IMG/VR virus record: IMGVR_UViG_2524023210_000007
Span: 80,429-132,315 of that record
From: a virus
Taxonomy: Duplodnaviria; Heunggongvirae; Uroviricota; Caudoviricetes
Direction: 5' to 3' (one strand)
DNA: 51,887 nt
Made by a program: the position numbers and the translations under genes. The notes beneath the pieces were generated by a model, which saw only the letters and a list, made by a program, of their open reading frames with translations, did not search any database and was not told the origin of the DNA. Of this stretch, positions 30,786-37,474 are shown one piece after another (position 1 is the first letter of the stretch; each line of letters begins with the position of its first letter).

Positions 30786-31234
30786 TCATCCTCCCCGGGG
30801 TAGCGCCGCCGGGGCGGCGCCAGCTGATGCAACTCCGCCGGCGGCCGCTTACCGGCGCGCGCGCATTTCAGGCAGCGCAGTCGGCTCGAGAGATCGTGGA
30901 CGCAGGTCGTCGCGGCATGGGGCAGCGCCGCCAAGTCGACGCTGCGCGGCGTCTTGCAGCGCGAGCACCGGATCTCGAGCCACGCATAGCCGCCGTTGAT
31001 CGCCTGGTCGATCGTGGGTGAGGGGTCGATCGGGCCGCCGTCCGCCCACATCCGCTCGTTCCAGCTTTGACAGGCAAAATCGTCGGCTTCTCGGATCAGC
31101 GCCTCGCCGGCGGCGCGCTTCTCCGCGGCGCGCTCGGCGAGGATCTTGGTCATAGCCCGTGCCTTCGTGAGCTCCTTGGAGAGCGCCTTTCGGTCGCCGC
31201 CGGACAGCGGGGTCGGATGAAATTTTGGGGCCAT
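30782..31234 (-). CDS. Zinc-finger hypothetical protein
   Basis: CSRC and CLKC pairs. Confidence 0.6.
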   Translation of the reverse strand: MAPKFHPTPLSGGDRKALSKELTKARAMTKILAERAAEKRAAGEALIREADDFACQSWNERMWADGGPIDPSPTIDQAINGGYAWLEIRCSRCKTPRSVDLAALPHAATTCVHDLSSRLRCLKCARAGKRPPAELHQLAPPRRRYPGEDE

Positions 31235-31364
31235 GATGTCGCATCAAAGCGCGTCGGCGCGCCGGAGTCGAATCCGCCATATCTTGAGGCGGTTAAGCCG
31301 TCGCGACCACTGCGGGTAGGGCCTCGGAACGGAGAGCCCGGTCGAGAATTGTTGGGTGAGAGGG

Positions 31365-31394
31365 CTTGACGGATTCGCAAAGTTCTGCGCATAC
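31365..31394 (+). promoter_or_regulatory. Putative sigma70 promoter facing the tRNA array
   Basis: CTTGACG-N17-GCATAC resembles alphaproteobacterial housekeeping promoters. Confidence 0.35.
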
Positions 31395-31649
31395 CGCTGC
31401 CCCATCGAATCCGCCGCGCATTTTGCTTCGGCGCTCTTGAGGACCAAGAACCGTGACGCGCTTACGCTCACATATCGTCGCGCTCGCCGCCGCCATCGAA
31501 CGACCGTTCACCCGGTCGAGCGATTGGTCGTGCATGCGCGTGACGAAACAAGGTCCGAATTATCAGCCCGGTACAGCAGGGCTACCGATACCAGCAAGAG
31601 CGTAACCAGGCGGCAGGAATCCTCCTCCGCCAATCGAGCGGAGGGGACA

Positions 31650-31844
31650 GTGTCCCGCAAGACCACCACTGGACTCGATAACCGCGCCGGCGAGCGGATT
31701 TTCTCCTCTCCGGTCGCGCTCGCCTTCGTGCGCATCGTCGTGGCGCGCCGCGGCGTCTCCGAGGCCCAGGCCCGCAAGATCTATCTCGATTACCTCAACC
31801 GAGCCGAGCCGCCGCGGAAGCGCCGGCCGCGCAAGGCTGCATGA
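31650..31844 (+). CDS. Small basic hypothetical protein
   Basis: GGAGGGG RBS, GTG start, 64 aa. Confidence 0.4.
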   Translation: MSRKTTTGLDNRAGERIFSSPVALAFVRIVVARRGVSEAQARKIYLDYLNRAEPPRKRRPRKAA

Positions 31845-31997
31845 CGTGATTTCGACTTCAGGATGATCGCCCCTGCAAGGACATAAGGCGATCCGCTGAC
31901 TCGGTACTGGTCCCCTTCAGTGGGGCGGTAAACGGTGGTTTCCGACAGCGAAGTTTTTCTTTTGGCCGGGCCAGTCCCGGCCGTTTGTGAATTTCAC

Positions 31998-32072
31998 GCC
32001 GGCGTGGCGCAACGGTAGCGCAGCGCTCTCGTAAGGCGAAGGTCGTCAGTTCAAATCTGACCGTCGGCACCA
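31998..32072 (+). tRNA. tRNA-Thr(CGT)
   Basis: Cloverleaf, loop CT-CGT-AA, encoded CCA. Confidence 0.9.
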
Positions 32073-32073
32073 T

Positions 32074-32149
32074 GCTCCGTTAGCTCAGTGGTAGAGCAGC
32101 GCTTTTGTAAAGCGCAGGCCGCAGGTTCGATCCCGTGCACGGAGCACCA
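32074..32149 (+). tRNA. tRNA-Thr(TGT)
   Basis: GCGCT-TT TGT AA-AGCGC; irregular T stem; CCA. Confidence 0.85.
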
Positions 32150-32179
32150 ATCCAACTTGCAAGATTTTCTTTCAGGTTC

Positions 32180-32254
32180 GCTTCCATCGTTCAGCCGGCA
32201 GGACACCGCTTTGGTAAGGCGGCGACGCAGGTTCGAGCCCTGCTGGAAGCACCA
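32180..32254 (+). tRNA. tRNA-Thr(GGT)
   Basis: CCGCT-TT GGT AA-GGCGG; CCA. Confidence 0.9.
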
Positions 32255-32256
32255 TC

Positions 32257-32335
32257 GCGCCGGTAGCCCAACATGGCAGGAGGCATCTCGTTCAGGCCGA
32301 GAGCAGTGCAGGTTCGAATCCTGCTCGGCGCACCA
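32257..32335 (+). tRNA. tRNA-Leu(CAG), short variable loop
   Basis: TCTCG-TT CAG GC-CGAGA; 5-nt variable region; CCA. Confidence 0.85.
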
Positions 32336-32339
32336 ATTC

Positions 32340-32416
32340 GCCCGTGTAGCCCAATCGGTAGAGGCGGCGCTTTCAAACGGCGCGCGTTCGCGGTTCGAAT
32401 CCGTGCACGGGCACCA
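32340..32416 (+). tRNA. tRNA-Leu(CAA), short variable loop
   Basis: GCGCT-TT CAA AC-GGCGC; 5-nt variable region; CCA. Confidence 0.85.
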
Positions 32417-32421
32417 TCTTC

Positions 32422-32505
32422 GCGCGGCTGGCGGAATGAAGACGCAGCAGGTTTAAACCCTGCCGGCCAACGGTCGTCTCGGTTCAAGTCCGAGGCCGCG
32501 CACCA
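32422..32505 (+). tRNA. tRNA-Leu(TAA)
   Basis: GCAGG-TT TAA AC-CCTGC; long variable arm; CCA. Confidence 0.9.
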
Positions 32506-32701
32506 GATTGCGAAGGCGTCGAAACTCCACCGCAGATCGGCGAGATGAATATCTCTGGATAGTGGAGACGCATCGCCTCGATGAGGTTTTCAAGCGCTGC
32601 ACGTCCTGCGCCTGGTGGCACGTCGCTGGGCCCCCACAACGCGAACTCCTTAGGTGTTTCGTTGCAAAACACCGTGAGGGCAAGGAAAGGCTCTTCGGCC
32701 A

Positions 32702-33022
32702 TCACGCGCTCTTCGGCAACGTCTTGATCTTGGCGAGGTCGTCGGCAAGTTTCTGCTTGCTCTGCCAAAGATCGTAGTCCGTCTGCATGTCGGCCCACAA
32801 GTCGGGGCCGTTCCCGAAGAACTTGCCGAGACGCTGCGCCATGTCGGGCGAGATCGGAGACGGATTGTCCTCGCTCATGATGCGACCGAGCGTGACTTTT
32901 GTGGTTCCGATCAGGGGAGCGGCCGACGAAGCATTCAATCCGGCGTCGGCAAGCGCCGTTGCCAGGATGCGGCCAGGATGCGTCGGGGGGCGCTGGCGCG
33001 GGCCTGCCTTGTATTCAGCCAT
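32702..33022 (-). CDS. higA: HigA-family antitoxin (XRE HTH)
   Basis: PPTHPGRIL, ISPDMAQRLGKFFGNGPDLWADMQTDYDL; follows higB. Confidence 0.9.
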   Translation of the reverse strand: MAEYKAGPRQRPPTHPGRILATALADAGLNASSAAPLIGTTKVTLGRIMSEDNPSPISPDMAQRLGKFFGNGPDLWADMQTDYDLWQSKQKLADDLAKIKTLPKSA

Positions 33023-33059
33023 GACGATCTCCGGGGTGACGGGAGGGGCTTCGCGCCCC

Positions 33060-33338
33060 TCAGTGATATTGTTCAAAGTCGACACGATCGGCCTCTCCTT
33101 TATCAAATTCGAAGGTTATCCGCCAAGCGCCGGTTACCCAGATGGAATAGCGAACCGGCTTGAATTGCTTCAGGGGGTGCGTGTTGAACCCCGGAAGGTC
33201 GAGCGCCTGTAAGTTCGTCGCCCTGTTGAGAACGTCAAGCCGTTCAATGACTTTGGCTTGGAGCTTGGAGTCGATCCGGGCGGTGTGGCCCTTCTCGAAA
33301 AGCTCTTTGAGACCTTTGTGTTTGAAGCTCTTAATCAT
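33060..33338 (-). CDS. higB: HigB (RelE-superfamily) toxin
   Basis: MIKSFKHKGLKELFEKG...HPLK...YSIWVTGAWRITFEF...VDFEQYH. Confidence 0.92.
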   Translation of the reverse strand: MIKSFKHKGLKELFEKGHTARIDSKLQAKVIERLDVLNRATNLQALDLPGFNTHPLKQFKPVRYSIWVTGAWRITFEFDKGEADRVDFEQYH

Positions 33339-33348
33339 GAGAAGGAGC

Positions 33349-33386
33349 GTAACGCAATGTGTTACTCAAGTAAAGCGTTTTGTTAC
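33349..33386. promoter_or_regulatory. Two palindromic operator boxes upstream of higBA
   Basis: GTAACGCAATGTGTTAC (33349-33365) and GTAAAGCGTTTTGTTAC (33370-33386). Confidence 0.65.
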
Positions 33387-33403
33387 TTTCCTGAGGTTAT
33401 TTT

Positions 33404-33478
33404 GCGCGCTTAGCTCAGCGGTAGAGCGCCTGTTTTACACACAGGATGTCGGCCGTTCGATCCGGTCAGCGCGCACCA
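33404..33478 (+). tRNA. tRNA-Val(TAC)
   Basis: CCTGT-TT TAC AC-ACAGG; CCA. Confidence 0.92.
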
Positions 33479-33661
33479 AAGGTTGAGGCGATGGAATCGA
33501 AGGGCAGGCATGCTCGAGGCATCCACGTCTCCTCGAAGCCAGATTGATCCGCGCGCGGCGGGGTCACGCCCAGGTCTGCGCGCGCGATGACAACATCTGT
33601 GTCCCGTGGTTCTGGCTGAAGGTCGCCGGGTCGTCCCCGGTCGCTAACGGGACTCGAATTT

Positions 33662-33736
33662 GCGTCCGTAGCTCATCAGCAGAGCGCCGCTGTGACATGG
33701 CGGAGGCGGCAGGGGCGGCACCTGCCGGACGCACCA
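33662..33736 (+). tRNA. tRNA-Val(GAC), non-canonical T-loop
   Basis: CCGCT-GT GAC AT-GGCGG; T-loop GGCGGCA; CCA. Confidence 0.8.
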
Positions 33737-33737
33737 G

Positions 33738-34013
33738 TTATCTCTCGGACAGTCGCGCGATGAGGGCAGCCGTAACGGCATCCTGCACCGACGTAGAAAG
33801 GCGCTGCTGCGGAATGAGGGCTGATGGTTTCTGACGATCGATATAGTGGTCAGCAGCCTCTTCAGAGCCGAGCAACTTAACAAGCGATGCTCGAAATTTC
33901 GCGGAGTCTTTTTTCGGTCTCACATCTTCGGCTGGCCGGGCAGTGCTGGTGCCGAGCTGGAAGTACCGTTTGTCTTGGTTCGCCGGTTGGGCGAAGGGCT
34001 GATAAACCTGCAT
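33738..34013 (-). CDS. Hypothetical protein antisense to the array
   Basis: 91 aa filling the gap between two tRNAs. Confidence 0.45.
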   Translation of the reverse strand: MQVYQPFAQPANQDKRYFQLGTSTARPAEDVRPKKDSAKFRASLVKLLGSEEAADHYIDRQKPSALIPQQRLSTSVQDAVTAALIARLSER

Positions 34014-34072
34014 GGTATCTCCGAAAGGGGGCCTAATAATATCGCAAGCGTGCGGAGTTGCGAGTCTAATTT

Positions 34073-34147
34073 CCACCTTTAGCTCAGCAGCAGAGCGTCC
34101 GGCCGATAACCGGGAGGTCCGTGGGGCAGCACCACGAAGGTGGACCA
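34073..34147 (+). tRNA. tRNA-Ile(GAT), non-canonical T-loop
   Basis: TCCGG-CC GAT AA-CCGGG; T-loop GGCAGCA; CCA. Confidence 0.8.
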
Positions 34148-34218
34148 TCATCTGGAAGAGGCCGAAAATGCACTCTCAATTCAAACCGGCGCGGCTCGCC
34201 GCCGCAACCATCGACCCT

Positions 34219-34309
34219 GGATCGGTAGCCAAGTTGGTCGACGGCCCGGAACTTTTAATTCCGCGGGACATGCGCCCCGCCGTGAGTTCGAATCTCACCC
34301 GATCCTCCA
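34219..34309 (+). tRNA. tRNA-Lys(TTT) with long variable arm
   Basis: CGGAA-CT TTT AA-TTCCG; 18-nt variable arm; T73; CCA. Confidence 0.8.
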
Positions 34310-34313
34310 TCAT

Positions 34314-34402
34314 GGACGAGTAGCCAAGCGGTCGACGGCATCGGCTTCTTAACCCGACGGGCCTTGAGCCCCGCGCTGGTTCGAATCCAGCCTCGTTCAC
34401 CA
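34314..34402 (+). tRNA. tRNA-Lys(CTT) with long variable arm
   Basis: Loop TT CTT AA; variable arm CGGGCCTTGAGCCCCGC; CCA. Confidence 0.8.
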
Positions 34403-34405
34403 ATG

Positions 34406-34564
34406 TCAGTTTTCGCGAGGCAGTTTTGCGATTGCTCGCCCGAGCATAATCTCGATGCACCGTCCGCAGACCAGTTCGCCGTTGCCGGCCGGCGGCGCGA
34501 GAACGACCAGTTGATCTGGTTCGAATTCTTCTTCGCAGTGATCACAGCGAGGGCTTTCGAGCAT
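34406..34564 (-). CDS. Small zinc-finger protein antisense to the array
   Basis: CDHC...CGRC, 52 aa, fits between tRNAs. Confidence 0.5.
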   Translation of the reverse strand: MLESPRCDHCEEEFEPDQLVVLAPPAGNGELVCGRCIEIMLGRAIAKLPREN

Positions 34565-34579
34565 CCCACATTTACCTAC

Positions 34580-34663
34580 GCGCTTGTGGCGGAATTCGGT
34601 AGACGCAGCGTCTTGAGAGGGCGCCGGGAAACCATGCCGGTTCGAGTCCGGCCTAGCGCACCA
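34580..34663 (+). tRNA. tRNA-Leu(GAG)
   Basis: GCGTC-TT GAG AG-GGCGC; variable arm; CCA. Confidence 0.9.
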
Positions 34664-34684
34664 TCTTTGCAGAAAATGCAAATT

Positions 34685-34760
34685 GCCCATGTCCCCATCT
34701 GGTGAAGGGACCGGATTGTCGATCCGGCAAAGGCGAGTTCGATCCTCGTCATGGGCGCCA
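34685..34760 (+). tRNA. tRNA-Asp(GTC)
   Basis: CCGGA-TT GTC GA-TCCGG; G73; CCA. Confidence 0.9.
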
Positions 34761-34764
34761 ATTC

Positions 34765-34841
34765 CGGCGTGTAGCGCAGCCAGGTAGCGCACCTCGTTCG
34801 GGACGAGGGGGCCGCAGGTTCAAATCCTGCTACGCCGACCA
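34765..34841 (+). tRNA. tRNA-Pro(CGG)
   Basis: CCTCG-TT CGG GA-CGAGG; CCA. Confidence 0.92.
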
Positions 34842-34847
34842 ATTCAC

Positions 34848-34923
34848 GGTCCTGGAGCCAGATGGGAAGGCCGGCCGCTCATAACGGCCAGATGAGGGTG
34901 TTCGATCCACCCCAGGACTACCA
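34848..34923 (+). tRNA. tRNA-Met or Ile2 (CAT)
   Basis: GGCCG-CT CAT AA-CGGCC; CCA. Confidence 0.8.
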
Positions 34924-34954
34924 TGTAAACTGCGGACCCGAGAGGAGGTCGACG

Positions 34955-35491
34955 ATGTTTCACGCCAATCCGGCGCTTATCTTGAACGCCGACTTCCAAC
35001 CATTGAGTTATTTTCCGCTCTCGCTCTTCAGTTGGGAGGAGGCGGTGCGCTCGGTGGTGAAGGGATCGCATGTCGTGGTCGCGGAATACGACCAGGTCGT
35101 CCGCAGCCCCTCGACGGTGATGCGGCTCCCCTCTGTGATCGCGCTGCGCGAGTACGTGCGGCCGCCGGCTCGAGTCGCCTTCACGCGGTTCAACGTCTTT
35201 CTCCGCGATCGCTTCCGCTGCCAATATTGCGGCGAGCAGCATCTGCGGGGCGAGTTGACATTCGACCACGTCGTGCCGCGCGCGATGGGCGGCAAGACCG
35301 AATGGACCAACATTGTTGCGGCCTGCAGCCCCTGCAACACGCGCAAGGACAAGCAGGTTTGGAAGCCCTTGCGGGTGCCGTTGGAGCCGACACAGTTCGA
35401 TCTGATGGCGGCGCAGCGGCTCTTTCCGCCGAACTTCCTGCACGAATCCTGGCTCGACTTCCTGTATTGGGATTCCGAGCTCGAGAAGTAA
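34955..35491 (+). CDS. HNH endonuclease
   Basis: GGAGG RBS; LILNADFQPL N-terminus; CQYCG...TFDHVVPR..GG...WTNIVAACSPCNTRK. Confidence 0.92.
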   Translation: MFHANPALILNADFQPLSYFPLSLFSWEEAVRSVVKGSHVVVAEYDQVVRSPSTVMRLPSVIALREYVRPPARVAFTRFNVFLRDRFRCQYCGEQHLRGELTFDHVVPRAMGGKTEWTNIVAACSPCNTRKDKQVWKPLRVPLEPTQFDLMAAQRLFPPNFLHESWLDFLYWDSELEK

Positions 35492-35493
35492 AC

Positions 35494-35531
35494 GCGCCGG
35501 CGGCGACGAGTTTGTGTCCGCCGGCGCACCA
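35494..35531 (+). other. Hairpin ending in ACCA (acceptor-stem mimic)
   Basis: GCGCCGGCGG / CCGCCGGCGC 10-bp stem followed by ACCA. Confidence 0.55.
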
Positions 35532-35532
35532 T

Positions 35533-35608
35533 CACCACGTAGCTCAACTGGATGAGCACGACCCTCCGAAGGTCGAGGATGTAGGTTCGAGTCCTATCGT
35601 GGTGGCCA
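35533..35608 (+). tRNA. tRNA-Arg(CCG)
   Basis: CGACC-CT CCG AA-GGTCG; CCA. Confidence 0.9.
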
Positions 35609-35609
35609 T

Positions 35610-35697
35610 GGGGGAGTAATCGGCGGGGACGCCGGCGCCGTTTTGAAAACGGCTGGGTGCGCCAGCACTGCGGATCAAGACCAGCACTCCTCCGCCA
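35610..35697 (+). tRNA. tRNA-Ser(TGA), atypical D and T arms
   Basis: GCCGT-TT TGA AA-ACGGC; variable arm; G73; CCA. Confidence 0.75.
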
Positions 35698-35701
35698 TTT
35701 T

Positions 35702-35788
35702 GGGCAGTGAACCGGCCGGGCGGCCGGCCTCCGTTGGAAGCGGAGTGGGCGCCTCGGCGCTGCGGATCGAGCCCGCCGCTGTCCGCCA
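35702..35788 (+). tRNA. tRNA-Ser(GGA), atypical D and T arms
   Basis: CTCCG-TT GGA AG-CGGAG; variable arm; G73; CCA. Confidence 0.75.
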
Positions 35789-35792
35789 CCTT

Positions 35793-35880
35793 GGAGAGTC
35801 AACCGGACAGGCGCGCCGGCACGGCTTCGAAAACCGATGGCACCGCAAGGTGTGAGGCTCATGTCCTCGGCTCTCCGCCA
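35793..35880 (+). tRNA. tRNA-Ser(CGA), atypical D and T arms
   Basis: Loop TT CGA AA; variable arm GGCACCGCAAGGTGT; G73; CCA. Confidence 0.7.
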
Positions 35881-35916
35881 CGCTGCTCCCATAATCGTGG
35901 CCTATCCGCGATCGCC

Positions 35917-36261
35917 ATGAGCATTTCGCGACGAGGCTTTCTCGGTGCCGCCCTGGGCTTGCTCGGTGGTGCAGGTGCTGCACGATCGGCGCCGGCGAGC
36001 GGCGGTGTTGTTCTGGGCATCGACGGCGGCGCTGTCCTCGGCGAGGCCGGTACAGAACTCGTCATGCCGCTGCCCGGCCATCCTGCTGGCGGCTTTCCGG
36101 TACCGGATCACATTGCGGATGCCCTGCGCGGCTGGCTCACTCGGGGTGAGATCCTGAAGGCCGAGCGCGCGATCTATTCTGTCTACGGCGGATGTACCCG
36201 GGACATGCCTGAGGAGTTGGAAGCCTCGGCACCTATCGCAGGGTCGAGCACCGGGCGCTGA
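35917..36261 (+). CDS. Hypothetical protein with twin-arginine signal-like N-terminus
   Basis: MSISRRGFLGAALGLLGG; 3' end overlaps next tRNA. Confidence 0.45.
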   Translation: MSISRRGFLGAALGLLGGAGAARSAPASGGVVLGIDGGAVLGEAGTELVMPLPGHPAGGFPVPDHIADALRGWLTRGEILKAERAIYSVYGGCTRDMPEELEASAPIAGSSTGR

Positions 36262-36320
36262 TCAGGCTCATAACCTGATGCCGAAAGGCAAAGTCGGTTC
36301 GATTCCGACCCCTGCAACCA
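36237..36320 (+). tRNA. tRNA-Met(CAT), initiator-like, long variable arm
   Basis: C1xA72 mismatch; TCAGG-CT CAT AA-CCTGA; GCC-GAAA-GGC variable arm; CCA. Confidence 0.75.
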
Positions 36321-36337
36321 ACTTGGAGGTGAATGCC

Positions 36338-36550
36338 ATGGACGCGCTGCTTCAGTTCTTCGCTTACGAGCACCTGCCGCCGCACCTCCAGGCGGTCAGT
36401 GCGCCATTCGGCGATCTGGCACGGGAAATGGCGCGATCGCTTCCGACCAATCCGGAAAGTGCGACGGCCATGCGGAAACTCCTCGAGGCGAAGGACTGCG
36501 CCGTTCGTGCCGTGCTCTTCAAGCCATTGTCGTCAGCCGTCATGGACTAA
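36338..36550 (+). CDS. Conserved small helical phage protein
   Basis: GGAGG RBS; QFFAYEHLP.HLQ.VS.PF..LA...RKLLEAKDCAVRA. Confidence 0.75.
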   Translation: MDALLQFFAYEHLPPHLQAVSAPFGDLAREMARSLPTNPESATAMRKLLEAKDCAVRAVLFKPLSSAVMD

Positions 36551-36569
36551 CGACAAGATCTCGAATTGG

Positions 36570-36728
36570 GCCGGGTGGAGCGACCGGACAATGCGGGGAC
36601 GTTTTGAGCCAAGGATCCGCACCCCAATCTCTGCTGCCAGGCGGCGCCTGCAAGCCGGGCCCGCAACCCCTGATTCAGTTCGGGGGCTCTGGATAGGGAT
36701 GGAGGGCGCGAGATCGCCTGGCAGCGGA
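36570..36728 (+). ncRNA. Candidate structured RNA in array spacer
   Basis: 13-bp stem CTGCTGCCAGGCG/CGCCTGGCAGCGG enclosing further hairpins. Confidence 0.4.
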
Positions 36729-36741
36729 CTTCTTCATTCTC

Positions 36742-36826
36742 GGGTAACGCCAAGTCTGGTGACTGAGCGGGGCTGTAAACCCTGCGCCTTAGCGCATGCC
36801 GTGTTCGATTCACGGGTTACCCACCA
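36742..36826 (+). tRNA. tRNA-Tyr(GTA)
   Basis: CGGGG-CT GTA AA-CCCTG; variable arm; CCA. Confidence 0.85.
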
Positions 36827-36834
36827 TCTTCAAC

Positions 36835-36908
36835 GCGGACAAAAGATTACGGCAGTCGGCGAGTATGCCATGCTCGCAGCGGCGGTTCGACTCCGCCTGT
36901 CCGCACCA
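36835..36908 (+). tRNA. tRNA-Gly(GCC), degenerate D arm
   Basis: CGAGT-AT GCC AT-GCTCG; A73; CCA. Confidence 0.7.
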
Positions 36909-36916
36909 ATTTTTGA

Positions 36917-37016
36917 GGGGGCGCGCACCAGATGCCGGTCGCTCCGGCTGATGGAAAGGCGCGAGCCGGAGTTGATCGCCCGGTGTGAGGTGGTGCGAAT
37001 CCATCCGCCCTGTCCA
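36917..37016 (+). ncRNA. tRNA-like RNA with enlarged anticodon arm
   Basis: Acceptor GGGGGCG/CGCCCTG, T arm GGTGG-TGCGAAT-CCATC, 9-bp arm with 14-nt loop, TCCA end. Confidence 0.5.
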
Positions 37017-37021
37017 AATTC

Positions 37022-37096
37022 GCCTGGATAGCTCAGTGGTAGAGCGGCGTCTTGAAGCGGCGCGCGCCGGTGGTTCGATCCCATCTCCAGGCACCA
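37022..37096 (+). tRNA. tRNA-Phe(GAA)
   Basis: GCGTC-TT GAA GC-GGCGC; CCA. Confidence 0.9.
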
Positions 37097-37103
37097 CGAC
37101 AAC

Positions 37104-37175
37104 GGGGAGCGCGCAAGGGCGCAGCTGATGTTTGCACCATCGGCGCGGTCGGGGCGGTACCGACGCTCTCCACCA
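37104..37175 (+). tRNA. tRNA-Ala(TGC), shortened D arm, non-canonical T-loop
   Basis: G3:U70; loop TT TGC AC; T-loop GGCGGTA; CCA. Confidence 0.7.
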
Positions 37176-37187
37176 TCATCACCAGCA

Positions 37188-37251
37188 CGACCTGCCGATT
37201 TTCGGTCGACCTGCACTTTGGCGGTCGACCTGCCGGTTTGGCTGGACCTGC
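37188..37251 (+). repeat. Four SGACCTGC repeats, period 19/19/18 nt
   Basis: Copies at 37188, 37207, 37226, 37244. Confidence 0.8.
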
Positions 37252-37255
37252 ATAT

Positions 37256-37341
37256 TGCTCGGTGGGGGAATTGGTAGACCCTCGCGACTGTTAATCGCGC
37301 GCCGAAAGGCACTGCAGGTTCGAAGCCTGCCCGAGCAGCCA
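37256..37341 (+). tRNA. tRNA-Asn(GTT) with long variable arm
   Basis: CGCGA-CT GTT AA-TCGCG; GCC-GAAA-GGC variable arm; G73; CCA. Confidence 0.8.
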
Positions 37342-37394
37342 ACCGACAAGGTCCCGAATCGGCGCATCAAATGATGCGGCAAAATGGGACCAAT

Positions 37395-37469
37395 GCTGCC
37401 ATCGTCTAGTGGCCAGGATGCCCGGTTCTCAGCCGGTCGACGCCGGTTCGAGTCCGGCTGGCAGTGCCA
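37395..37469 (+). tRNA. tRNA-Glu(CTC)
   Basis: Loop TT CTC AG; G73; CCA. Confidence 0.88.
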
Positions 37470-37474
37470 ATTCG

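Noticed and set aside
31235-31998. Alphaproteobacterial LexA box or sigma54 promoter
   Set aside because: No GTTC-N7-GTTC or TGGCAC-N5-TTGC match found by eye
32340-32416. Opal suppressor / Sec tRNA (TCA inside TTTCAAA)
   Set aside because: Stem geometry gives the loop TT-CAA-AC, so Leu(CAA); no Sec features
36940-36972. Hammerhead ribozyme (CTGATG...GAAA)
   Set aside because: CTGATGG rather than CTGANGA, and no stem II before GAAA
37188-37251. Mini-CRISPR
   Set aside because: 8-nt repeats with 10-11-nt spacers are far too short
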